From assembly GCF_048593235.1 (NCBI RefSeq), contig NC_133619.1, forward strand, positions 324,454 to 388,453: DNA of 64,000 nt, written 5' to 3'. Below the pieces are notes generated by a model that was not told the DNA's origin, did not search any database, and was given only the letters and a program-made list of their open reading frames with translations. The stretch comes from Sminthopsis crassicaudata (lineage: Eukaryota). Below, one piece after another: positions 1 to 11,900 of the stretch. The translations under genes and the position numbers were made by a program. Positions within the stretch are counted from its first letter, which is position 1, and each line of letters starts with the position of its first letter.

Positions 1-600
1 CTTTGTTTCATTCCTGATGTCACTTTATTCCCATTACAAATAATGTGTCTTTGGTTTTAGATAGATAGGACTCATTTTTTTTTTTAAAGCTCCATTTATT
101 CACAATTATATTTTCTGTTGTTTGTATAATTTTGCTTCGATATTCATTAGGAAAGTTGGTTTATAGTTTCTTGTTTGTTTGTTTTGGCTCTTCCTGGTTT
201 AGATAACAAAATTATATTTGTGGTGGGCAGCTAGGTGGCGCAGTGGATAGAGCACCAGCCTTGAATTCAGGAGGACCCAAATTCAAATCTGGTCTCAGAC
301 ACTTAACACTTCCTACCTGTGTGACCCTGGGCAAGTCACTTAACCCCAGCCTCAAAAAAAAAAAAAAAAATTATATTTGTGTCATAGAAGATATTTGGTA
401 GAACTCCTTTTCTTCCAGTAGTTTATATAATATTGGATTAATTGTTCTCTAAGTCTTTGATTTTAAATTCCTATGGGCCGAGGTTTGTTTTGTTTTGTTT
501 TTTCCTTCTGGAGCTTGTTTATGGCTTTAAATTCTTTTTCTAAAACAAGATTATTTAGGTATTCTTTTGCTTCTGTTAATCTGGGCAATTTATATTTTTA
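1..600 (-). mobile_element. Degraded L1 ORF2 remnant (antisense), interrupted by a SINE
   Basis: T-rich sequence with tracts resembling the L1 antisense strand (ttcgatattcattagg, atatttggtagaactcc). Boundaries are approximate. Confidence 0.45.
223..366 (+). mobile_element. WSINE1-like marsupial tRNA-derived CORE-SINE with A tail and 15-bp TSD
   Basis: GGGCAGCTAGGTGGCGCAGTGGATAGAGCACCAGCC...GTGACCCTGGGCAAGTCACTTAACCCCAGCCTC followed by a 17-A run. TSD AAAATTATATTTGTG at 208-222 and 367-381. Confidence 0.9.
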
Positions 601-1659
601 TGAAAATCCTCTGTTTGAAATGTGACCCAGAAAATCAGATCCTTTTCTTAGATATCATTTGTGATTTGAACTTCAGTCTTCTCCAGGCCCAGTGCTCAAT
701 CCACTGTGGCACCATGCAGACAGACCCCAGCTTCTTCGACTTTTGGGAGTAGCAAAATTATGATTTGATTTTTATACCTACATACATGGGATGATGTAAA
801 AATTTCTCAGCAAAAAGGGGTCACAAGTGGAAAAAGTTATAAGAAGCCGTGATCTAGAGAATGAAAGGGGAGTGGAGGGTCTAGAGGAAAGGGATTGGAA
901 TGAATGTAGTAATTGTGAGCATGGTTTTGAAGACCTCAGAGCTAGGAGGGGCCCTCCCACAAAATGGAGACTCCTGAAGGAACCCACCAGTGTGGGAAGG
1001 TTGGCCTTTCAGAGGCATTCTGGTAAGAAATGTTCTGGGATGAGGGAAGTTCCAGAATGAGAAGGCAGTGGAAGCATGATTTTGAAGTCAGAAAGTCTGC
1101 CTCAGAGCTGGGAAGGGAATATAATTTGCTTTTATCCTTTCCTCACTCGACTGGCATCTATTTTGTCTCAGCTCTTTCCGGCTACAGAAAGTCCTGCTTC
1201 TATAGGTTTTGGCGTATGTGGGGCAAAAGCTGCATTTGCAAAAGTCTGATGCTCGGCGTGATTTCCACCGAGATCCCGACTGAGATCTCCAGCTGGCCGA
1301 TTTACTTTGTGCTGCGGTCAGACCTTCATCTGGCACCTCAGACAGGATTTTCATGTGCCAAGGCAGAACTTGGTCTCGGAGGGCTAGCTTCTTCCCCTAA
1401 AGCAGGGACACAGACCACTGCCACAGGTTTTGGCAGAGGGTTCGAGTTCCTTTCTGCATGTGAATGCCCTCGCCAAAGTGAAAAGTTTTGCCCCTTGCTT
1501 TGCTCTCTGAGCAAAGTAGGAGAAACTTTTCCCCAGATTGTGAGATCTGGCAGATAAGCCTTGAGGTGCGTGGGTCCCGACAGTTTCCATAGCTTCGCTT
1601 CCGGTACGTCAGCGAGGGATGAGGAGGGAAGTCCATCCAGTTGCCATTCAGACTGTGCC

Positions 1660-2160
1660 TTCTTCCCTCCTCGGGTTCTTGCACTTCTCTGGAAGTGGGC
1701 TCCATTGGCTTCCAGCCGAGGAATCATCCTGGACTTCTCACTCTCTCTTACCCACCCCATGTCCTGTCCATTTCTGACAGCTGTCCTCTGTGCCCTGGGG
1801 CAGGCCCTCATCCCCTCACTTCTCCCATTTGGCCACTACAAGGATTTCCTAAAGTGCAGATCAGACCGTGTCAAGCCGCCCTCCAACCCGGTAAACTCTA
1901 GTGACTCTTCATTGCCTCCAGGAGCAAATACAAAATGCTGTTTGACATTCAGAGCCCATTCTCTCCTTTCCAGTCTTCTTACATCTCATTCCCTCCATGT
2001 ACTCTTCAGTCCAGTGACCCTGGCCTCCTGCCTGCTCCACGCCGAGGACCCTCCATCTCTGCTGCGTTCTCAGCCTCTGCTGGAATGCTCTCCCTCCCCT
2101 GCTCTGGGGAATCCTGCCTTCTGGAGGAAGGTGTTGAGTAAATGTTTATTGATTATTCCA
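1660..2160 (+). mobile_element. L2 LINE 3' remnant
   Basis: Pyrimidine-rich L2-like tract ending ...gttgagtaaatgtttattgatt, which resembles the typical L2 3' terminus. Approximate. Confidence 0.45.
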
Positions 2161-2959
2161 AACTGCCCGAGAAGCAGGCCCTGATTGGATGTGGACAACA
2201 TGGATGTGAAGCAGAGACTGATCCCCACGTGGTCCAGCCTTGGAACTTGGAAATTCCGGAGGAATCTTGGGAAAGTGGCAATTGTTGATCAGGGATGTCT
2301 TTTGCTGAGCAAAAAATGGGGGGGATGGGATGAGAAGGCCATCAAGCTCTGGACTTTCTTTGATGGTGTGTCCTTGGGTCAATTGGATTTGGGTTCCTGA
2401 AATTCTTTTTCTTTGCCATGTGTTTGTAAATCAGCGCCCATAGGCTTGAGTTGCATTCTGGGAATTTTGCTGAACCTTTCTTCTACCATTGGGAAGTTTC
2501 TGGCTTGGATCAGCATTTTTCCCCATCTGCTTTCAGCCCTCTGTCTCAAGGCACCCTCTGTGTTTTCGACTTAGCTGCTTTTCTTGTGTTCTTCACATTT
2601 TCCAAATGATGTCATGATCGATCCTCCCGAGTTGCATCATTTCCCGCTGATGTTCTTTTTTTTAAACTTCTATCACTTCTGTGCTTCCTCCCAGCACCAT
2701 CAGGTTTCCCTGGTTGTTTGTTCCCAGTGTTTTCTACTGGCTCTGATTACTCACTTTGAAGGTTTGTTGGGTTTTTGTTTTTTTTTTTTTGTTTTTTTTG
2801 TTTGTTTGTTTGTTTGTTTGTTTTTTATTGTACTTTAGCTCCTCTTCAGTTTTATTGATTCTATTGAGTATTTTCTTGGAAGAATTTTTGGCAATTTTGT
2901 TCTTTTTTTGGGTATTTCTCTTCTCACCTTTCCTTCCCTACAGTCTCACCTTTCGAGCT

Positions 2960-3070
2960 GCCTCTCGGATACTTCAAATTGGATGTCTACTAGACATCTT
3001 AAACTCAGCATGCCAAAAAAGAACTCTCCCTCCCCTCTTGCTGTCAGGAGCACTCCCATCGTCCTTAGGA
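2960..3070 (+). mobile_element. L2 LINE fragment
   Basis: ttggatgtctactagacatcttaaactcagcatgccaaaaaagaactc resembles the conserved L2 segment ttggatgtc...catctcaaactcaacatgtccaaaactgaact. Confidence 0.6.
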
Positions 3071-3179
3071 GGCATCCTGGATTCCTCACTACCACTCCCC
3101 ATCTCTTCCAGACCACCCCCCAAGCCTGCGGCCCTGCAGCAGCTTAGGAGCATCCCTTTTTCCTTCTGCCGCTGCGAAT

Positions 3180-3197
3180 TTAGGGTTAGGGTTAGGG
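3180..3197 (+). repeat. Short interstitial telomeric repeat (TTAGGG)3
   Basis: Exact TTAGGGTTAGGGTTAGGG flanked by the direct repeat TGCGAATTT (3173-3181 and 3198-3206). Confidence 0.7.
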
Positions 3198-3939
3198 TGC
3201 GAATTTCGCTGCCGCTACCCTGGGGCACGTTCTTATCAGCTCCCAGCTGGACTATTACCAGTCGTCTGCCTCCAATCTGTCCTTGATGCTTTTCCTAGAG
3301 GGCAGATCCGGCTCCCTTCTGCTCACCTGAGACTCTTTGTGCCCCAGCCTCAGGACCTGGCCAAGCCCAAGTCGCCAGGCGTTTGGTGTTCCCCCGTGGG
3401 GTCCGGATATTTGGGGAGGTCTGGCTCTCCAGAGGGACAGCTGAGGCAGGAAAGTGAGTCCTTGGTTTTGTGCTCTGGCTGGCACCCCTAGATCACTGTT
3501 GGTCCTGTTGTTCCATTAGATAGCTTGTGGGCTTAAGTGTGAAAGATAAAAAATGGTTCTGTACCCATACCAAGAGTTCAACTTGAAGGGAGAGCCCGCC
3601 CCCATCCCGCACTCGCTCTCAAGGAGTTTCTCTTAGCGGCTTTCTTTTGCTTCCAGAATAAAGCTTCTCTCCTCTCCCCCTTTCCACTCTGGGGTCGCCT
3701 CTTGTCCTTCACGGTTAACGCTGTTATCTGGTTCGTTCTCTCCGTTCCCCTCAAGCTTCGCGTTTAAATTCCTCCTGGTTAGCTTGACTCACCTGCTGTT
3801 CAGCAGTGTTCCCCAGCCTTCATGAGGTACTTTTCTCTCATTACCAGCCAGTATCCAGCAGCCCTCCCACCCACACAGCCCCCCTGAAAGTGGCTAAGAG
3901 ATTTAGAGGAACTGCCCCCAAATGCCAGGAGTACTTTTT

Positions 3940-4100
3940 GTTGTGGCAAAGAGTCACATCCGTGACTCCATTTGGGGTTTTCTTGGCAGAGATACTGGGC
4001 AGTCTGCCATGCCCTTCTCCAGCTCATTTGACAGATGAAGAAACGGAGGCAAATGATTATATGACTTGTCCAGGAACACACAATCGGTGTCTGTGGATCC
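3940..4100 (-). mobile_element. MAR1-like CORE-SINE fragment
   Basis: catttggggttttcttggcagagatactgg...ccttctccagctcatttgacagatgaagaaacggaggc is the reverse complement of the MAR1 3' tail plus CORE. Confidence 0.7.
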
Positions 4101-5990
4101 ACCTGGGCTTGGGCCCTGGGCCGCCTGGTGCTCCCTGCGGGCACGAAGTAAATAACCATCTAGGGAAAGAAACAACTTCCTCTCAACGAGTTCAAAGGAA
4201 GGAAAGAAAGAAAGAAAGCAAGGTCTGATGGCCAGACTTTCTCAGCGGGATCCAAAGTCTACAAGAACAATCCCACCTGACCGTTTTCTCTCCCCGCTCT
4301 GCACCCTGCAGCCGAAGTGTCAGCTTCTGGGGATTTGAAGAGATTTCTCTTGACCACAAATCCCTAAGTCTGCTTGTCCTTATACTTTAGTGATAACGCC
4401 TTTCCAGAGGAAATGGGGTGCTGACCCCATGTGAGAGGGGTTGGACGTGCTTCAGGGACACTTTGCGGGTCGGGAGTCGGCAGGCCCTCCCCCCCCCCCA
4501 GGGAGTGTGCCTTGTTCAGGGTCATAATCTGACTTCAGGTCTTCCTGAGGCCAGGCCCTGCCTCCTCTGTCCATTGCACCACCTAGCTGCCCCTAAAATA
4601 TGGGAACCGATGAGCTTACTGTAGAGAGGATATAGAGGAACAAGGAGAGGAGGAGGAAGGGGGCGCAGGGGATTATGAGCTGGCTGTGGGAATCTAGAGA
4701 GAAGAGAGCCTTCAGGAGCCAAGAAGGTGGCCACCTGGGTCAGAGGCAGCCGGAGAGGGCGGATTTCCCAAGGAAGAGACTTGTGCGGCAGGGGAGTGGG
4801 AGGGCAGCCTGCGGCGGGCTGAGGATGCGGGGTGGCTTTCGGGAGGAATTCTGCTGCTCGAGGAGGCGCTTGTAAGAAGAGCTCAGGAGAGAAAGGCCCA
4901 GGGACTTTTTAAGGGATGGTTTGAAGGCGGCAAAGAAGGAACCTTTTGATAGGGCGGAGGGTGGGTGTGCTCCACTGGAGAAGATGGAAGGGGACAGGGT
5001 CAAGGACACACACACCTTTATCACTTCTGTTTCTGAGCCTCAGGTCTTCCTTCTGTGGGGGATTCCCTTCTGGGGGCCTGACTTTTTCATCCCTTGTAGA
5101 ACCAGAGGGGGTTTGGCTGCGCGCCCCCGCCCTCCCCCTCGCCACGAGAGTCAGAGCTTGTGGTTTCCCGAATGCCCGTCAGTGCGGGGCATGGTCTGGC
5201 CAGGGGAGTCAGTTGGGGGTGATGCCCTGTGGTCCTGGCCTCCGAGATGAGGAGGCAACGACAGAGCTGCAGCCGCCGCCGCCGGGAGGGCCACGTGGGC
5301 TTGGTGAGGCCGGGTTCTGCCCTCCCTAGATAACTGAACGAAGCAGGTGTTTTGAAGGAGAGTGGAATGTTCTTAAGTAGTCTTGGGAGCAAAGCAGATT
5401 CGATCAGAGCAGTAATGGATCTGCCTCTTGTGTCATGGAGGCGGGATCAAAGAGAAAGATTTTGATCTGACCCGAGAATAAAAAGCAGAAGTAAACGATA
5501 TTGGGGAGGTGACTTCTGCAACAGTGGAGCTGTTAGGGGCTGCCTGTGCAGTTCCCCTGGGAGGACCCTCAGTTGGCCTTCCAGGCGAACTGCACAGCCA
5601 GCCCCTAACGTGGATCGAGGCTTTGGGTTTTGCTTTAAACTTGATTTAATTTTTCTTCAATAGACAATCATTTCTTTCTCTGCCTCTTCTCCCCCCTCAA
5701 AAAAAAAAAAAAAAAAAAAAGACAAACAAAACCTTTGTGACAAATGTGCAGAATCAAGCAAACAGCTTCGCCCATTGAGAGTCCAGTTTGGACAAATGGA
5801 AGGTTTCTTTGGGGCCCGATCCTGTGTGCACAATTGCCCTCTGGGTAAAGGGCTGTATTCCCGTTGGAAGTCTGCAGATGGAATCGATCAGAGGCGGCCT
5901 CCGGGTGGGGATGGTGGCGGACTTTGCTCCGCGCGTGGACAAGTTGGGGTTCATTTAAAGCAGCGAGATTCTTCTTTTGTTTTGTTTTAG

Positions 5991-8900
5991 TTTCTCTCCA
6001 GCAGCGGGTGGCAGAGCTGGAAAAAGTCAACGCAGAATTTTTACGCACAAGGCAGCAGCTCGAGCAAGAATTTAATCAAAAGAGAGCCAAATTTAAAGAG
6101 CTGTACTTGGCCAAAGAAGGTAAGTCCCCGAGCGAGGTCTCCGGTTCCCGGGCAGCTCCTTGCCCCTTCTTGGAGGGAGCCTGGTGGAACCCCCAGCTGT
6201 AGGTCTCTGGGCCTCAGAGCTCTGAAGCAAGGGCGGGGAGCCCCATCCCCACCCCATGCGGAATAGAACGCCTTTCTTTGCATCAGCACTTGAGTATTTT
6301 TTTTCTTAAAAGACATTGATAGCATTTGTTTTTATATCACCTTCCTTTCTCAGCATAGCCCTTCCCCCTCCCCAGACCGGACCTTCTAACAAAAAATAAA
6401 AACGGAAGAGAAAAACCCAGCGCTTCATCAGAACCAAGCAGGGAAGACCCACAGTGTGTGCGTGGGGAAGAAGGGCCAAGCTTAGGAGCACTTGGGGATA
6501 TCTTCTGATTCCTGGATGAGTTCATGTCTTCCTGTACCTTTCTTCCGACCTCCCCTTTCCCCCTTCGCCAGCTACCCAAGGGGAGAAGCACAGCAAGGCC
6601 ACCTGCCCCGTCCCCGGCCGTCCCAGAGCCAGACTTGGCGGAAGCCCAAGGGGAGGCTGCATCTGCCACCATCCCTCAGCCCCTGACCTCTGTGGAGTGC
6701 CCTTGGGACCCTGGTCCTTCAGGGTTCCTCCTCTCTCCTCTCTCTAATGGCCCTTTGGGCTCTCCTTTCTTGACCCCCCTCCCTTCCACCTGACCCTGCC
6801 AGCTTCTTCCTCCAGAACCCAATCTGTCCTTCGCCCTGGGCCTGCTCCCAAACTTTCCATCTCTCAGCCTCACAGCCCCATCGCCCTCTCTGGGCCCAGA
6901 GCCTCTCCAGCTTTTTTTCTTTAACTTTTTATCGCTTATAGGACCGGAGGGGTCTTGGCTGCCTCCCTCCCCCTCCCCCCCAGCTCTGGAGTCAGCCCCA
7001 TCTTGCCTTGCAAGTCTTTCTCAGGATATTTTCTGCCTTTGGAGTCGGCTCTGTTAAAAGTTCTTCCCCAATCCAAATTGTGGGGCGGCCTTTCTTGGCC
7101 TTTTTTCTAGGCAGATCCCCTTCCTCTGCTCAGTTCCTGTCCTTAGGCTGCAGGAATTTACTATCCATACGCTTCTCAGCCTCCTTGCACCTGCCTGGGA
7201 CTGAGACCTTCACTCCCTCCCAGCCAAATGGAGGGGAGCTTGGCATTGCCCCCACGGGTGCCCTCCCCCACTTAGAAATGCCCTCCTTCCCCTCTCTGAG
7301 CACAGCCTGCCATCCTGAGCTCTCCCCATTCTGGAGGCTTTTCCCTTCGCCTCCCTCCCTCCCCTTCTTGTCTCTCAGGCCTGGAACCCCTTGCCCTCTT
7401 GTCCTCCAACAGTCACCCCTGACCCAGGCTCGGTCTTCACCAGATGCCCAGCAGAGCGGCTGGGTAAGCTCTGTGTGGGCTTGCCGATCCCCCGAAGAGA
7501 CCCAGGGAACCTTCCAAGCGTGACAGCAGTGAGCACGGCAAAGAGCCCTCCCGCCATCCCACCCACCCCCAACTCGCACCCTCTTCTCGGGCACATGCCC
7601 TCTCTGTTGTCCTCATCTTCAGTCCTTCCCATTCTCAGAAGCCCTTCCTCAATCGGTCTGTCTGTCCATAGTGTTCACAGTGCTAAGTCTGGAGTCAAGA
7701 AGAGCTGAGTTCAAATCTCATCTGAGACTTTTCCTGTGAGACCCTATGATCGTCTCCTGTCTGCCTCAGTTTCCTTGAATGTAAAATAGGAATCATAAGA
7801 GCCCCTGCCTTCCGGGGCAGATCAGATAGTACTTGTAAAGTGCTTAGCCCATTTCTTGGCACATTAATAAATCCTGGTTACCTCTCCCCTTTCCCTGTCT
7901 CTCATGCTTTGTTCTCCAGTGACAGTGAGTCTCCTCCACGCCTGGAATACATTCCTTCCTTTCTGCTTTTTGGTTTTCCTGCTTTGTTCTGTTCAAATCA
8001 AAGCGGCACCATCTCCTCTCGGGCCCCCAAACACCCCGTGCCTCTGGCCCAGCCCTCAACTGGGGAACTAATTCCTATAATTGAAGCCACCAAAATCCTT
8101 GTTCTCATTCAGTGCTTCTGATAGGATTTTATCAGGAGAAATGACATAGGAGAAAAAGTGGAACTGCCTGCTTGGCTACCATCCTTATTAGGACCTGAAA
8201 CCTTCCCATTGTATAGTCTCCCCATTAAACTGGGAACCCCTTGAGAGCAGAGCTGCCTGCCTTTTCTCTGAGTCTCCAGGGTTTACTGGGCACACTGTGG
8301 GTGCTTCCTCCATTCCTCCATAAATAAAGGCATTGTCAAACAAATAAGACTGGGAGGGAGAACACTGGTGATGAGAGCCTCGGGGAAAACCTCCTTCCCT
8401 CCCTTTCAGCCTTCCTCTTTGTGAAAAGGAGCTAAGAGGGAAGGACAACTGGCAATCATAATTAAACAGTCACCGTGCCCCTAAAATGGAGGGGGACACA
8501 GGAATATGGCCTTTGCATGTCTTCCCTGTGTTTCTGTTTATATAGTCTTGTATTAGACTGTGTGTTGCTTTTAAGAAACACATTTGAAACACAAAGATTC
8601 ACTTATAATTAAAGACAAGATAACAAGATAATTAGGGAAATCACATCTTGCCTAAAAACACCAGAGATAGCTAATCACCATCAGTGTTTTTATATGTATA
8701 TATTCCTAATAACCTAGCATTTACATAGAAAAAGTCAATCCCAGGGGTAGAAATCATCACAGCAATCTACCCTTTCCAGACCTAGACAAATCTAAACAGA
8801 CCTTATGAAAGATTAGAGATTTTCAATCTTTGGCAATTTTTAAATGGGAATAGAAGGAAATTTACATTTGTTTTGACTATACCATGATTGTAACTTGGCT

Positions 8901-11900
8901 TTATAAAAATTAACCATGTAAAGGTATGGAAAGACCTAATCAAAAAAAAGTAGGAAAAACAAATACAGGGGTGGGGTGGGGGGGGGTGGGGGGTGGGGGT
9001 AGGGCAGCTAGGTGGCGCAGTGGATAGAGCACCAGCCCTGAATTCAGGAGGACCCGAGTTCTAATGTGGGCTCGGACACTAACACTTCCTAGCTGTGTGA
9101 CCCTGGGCAAGTCACTTAACCCCAGCCTCAGAAAAACCCAAAAAAAACCACCAAATACTGAACACATCATTTATTGGTCACAATGCGATAAAAATGTATT
9201 CTATAAAGGACATTTGAAGAACTAGAAAGTAATTGGAAGCTAAATAATTTAATGCTGCAGAAGTGGTAGATCAAAGAACAAATTATTTAAATAACGGAAA
9301 ATTTCATGAAAGAAAATGACAGACAACATACCAAAATTTGGGATACATCTGAAGGGGTTTTCTTCCAAAATTTTGTATTTTTAAACATTTTCATCAACAA
9401 AAGAGAACAAATCAGTAAATTGGACACAATGGAAAATGAAAAAAAAAAAAAAAAAAAGTCTTGAATGGCAATACAAAACCTCCAACTCCAAAGCAGAAAT
9501 TATGAAATTTAAAAGAGATTAGTTATGGTGTGGTATATTAAAAGAGCAGGATAATAAACATGATTTCAAACAAAGTTAAAATTAAAAGACTTAATCAGAA
9601 GTGAAAAATAGAGAAACTACTCTGTTAGCACTATAGGAATATAAACATAAAACCCTTTTTACACAAATATACTCAGATCTAAATAATTGAAGTAATATTT
9701 GTGGCTATATAAGCTATTATTCATCACTCTTTGGTCATTTTTCAGTCAGGTCAGATTCTTCATAACTCTATTTGGGGTTTTCTTGACAAAGATACTACAG
9801 CAATTTGCTGCTTCTTCATAATTTTAAAATGAGAAGGCAAGAGTCTTGTTGAAGTGTAAAAAAGGATAATTTTGATTATTTGAATTAATATTTTCTTGTA
9901 TCAGTAAGACCTATGTAGCCAAGGACAGATAGCAGAAAAGTGAGTAAAAACTTTCATAGACCATCTCTCAGGTAGGATGTAATTCAGTTGAAATACTGCT
10001 GTGGGGCAGGAAATGATGATCTGGTTGATGTAGAAAAACATGGAGAGACTTGGACCTATATATGAAGGAAGATGTTGTCTAGCTACAAAATGTATGATTT
10101 ATTATTTATTTTTACTTTTACTCATTATTTATTTATTATTTTCTTGAAATGGAATTTCATTGATTTATTTTGAATCTTCTCATGTGGTCTGCTGTGTACA
10201 TGGCAATTTTTTTTCTTTTTTCATTTTGTATTTATGTTTAAATTTTTTAAAAAGTTAGCAGAAAAAATTCATAAAGTTGAAATCAAAAGGAACTATTGAA
10301 TTGATTAAAACTAGGTTACAATTAAAAAACACAAAATGGTTATGTTATCTGATTTTTAAAAGGAGAAGAAAATTAAATTTTTTCTTATCAAGAAATTCAC
10401 TACAATTGAAGGGGAAATAAAGGGTTGGATCCGAAAGTTTTTTGTCTAATTATATGCTAACAAAATCAATCACTTAAAAGAATTAGATTAATTCTTTAAA
10501 AATTTAAAGTGCTCAGATAAAAAAGTAAAAAGAAGTAGTCCATTTGAATAACCCAGTATCAGAAAGCAATTAACTAAGCCCTAAATGAACTTTTTTTTTT
10601 TTTTTCCCCCTGAGGCTGGGGTTAAGTGACTTGCCCAGGGTCACACAGCCAGGAAGTGTTAAGTGTCTAAGACTAGATTTGAACTCGGGTCCTCCTGAAT
10701 TCAAGGCTGGTGCTCTACCCACTGCGTCACCTAGCTGCCCCCTAAATGAACTCTTAAAGAAAAAATCTCGAGTATTTGAAATTACAATTGAAATCTAGCA
10801 TACATAAAAAGAACACTTAATTCCAGTTATTTAAACTGTTACAATAAAAGGAAAGTAAAGCACCTTCTAGATCTCTGAATCTGATACAACCATGGTCTTG
10901 ATATCTGAACCACAGAAAAAGTAAGGAAAGAAAAATGGTAAGAAATATTGCTACAGAACATTGATGCAAAAATTTTAAGTAAAATGTTATTGAATCAGCT
11001 ACAACTGTACAGAGAAAGGTTACACACTGACAAAGTTGTATCTAGGCCAGAAATGCAAAGGGGGGGGGGGGTTGTAAACATAATAAAGTACCTGAGACCA
11101 GAGCTGGGCAGTGGAGAGCGAATCACTTGGGCTCTCTCAGCCTTCGTCCTTGTCTGTAAAAGGGAGAGAACTCCTGGACTGCCTCCTGTAAAGCGGAGGG
11201 GCTGGGCTCCCTCTGGACGTGCTCCTCATTTGCTTCTCTGCCCACTTGGTACTTAACTCGGCTCTGGAGGGTGTGAGCCCCCTGCCTCCTGCTAGAACGT
11301 GGGGCTTCCTGTGGGACAGCGTCCTGCCAGGTCTTGGGCATTTCGTCCGCAGCTGCTGCCAAGCCCTTGGAGACTTTGGTGCTGTCCCCCCCTTTAGACG
11401 CAGACCCGCTGCTCGCTAACAGAGTCTTTCCTCTTTTCAGAGGATCTGAAGAGACAAAATGCAGTTCTGCAGGCGGCCCAAGATGACCTGGGGCACCTCC
11501 GGACGCAGCTGTGGGAAGCGCAGGCTGAGATGGAGAACATCAAGGCCATTGCCACAGTGTCAGAGAACACCAAACAGGAAGCCATCGATGAGGTGAAGAG
11601 GCAGTGGCAAGAAGAAGTTGCCTCCCTGCAGGCCGTCATGAAAGGTATACTGAGGAAGGGGGCCAGCCCTTCTCTGGAAGCTCTATGGAGCTGCTGACCT
11701 TTGGTCCCGGGGGGGGGGGTGCTCCGCAGGAGGGGAGGGGCGCTGCTGACCTTTGGTCCGGGGGGGGGGGTGCTCCGCAGGAGGGGAGAGGCGCTGCTGA
11801 CCTTTGGTCCCAGGGGCCGCTCCATAGAGATTAAGGGTGGTTTGGCGCCCCAGCTTTGAGAACATCACAAGACTTGAGGATGACTCCAGGCCCAAAACAC

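Noticed and set aside
223-300. tRNA-like A/B-box sequences (also at ~9001 and ~10700)
   Set aside because: They are the tRNA-derived heads of SINEs, continuous with the CORE body, tail and TSDs. There is no cloverleaf or acceptor stem.
10948-11256. 102-aa ORF with an RT-like motif (NIDAKIL)
   Set aside because: It is a decayed L1 ORF2 fragment that loses similarity after ~45 codons, not an intact gene or active element.
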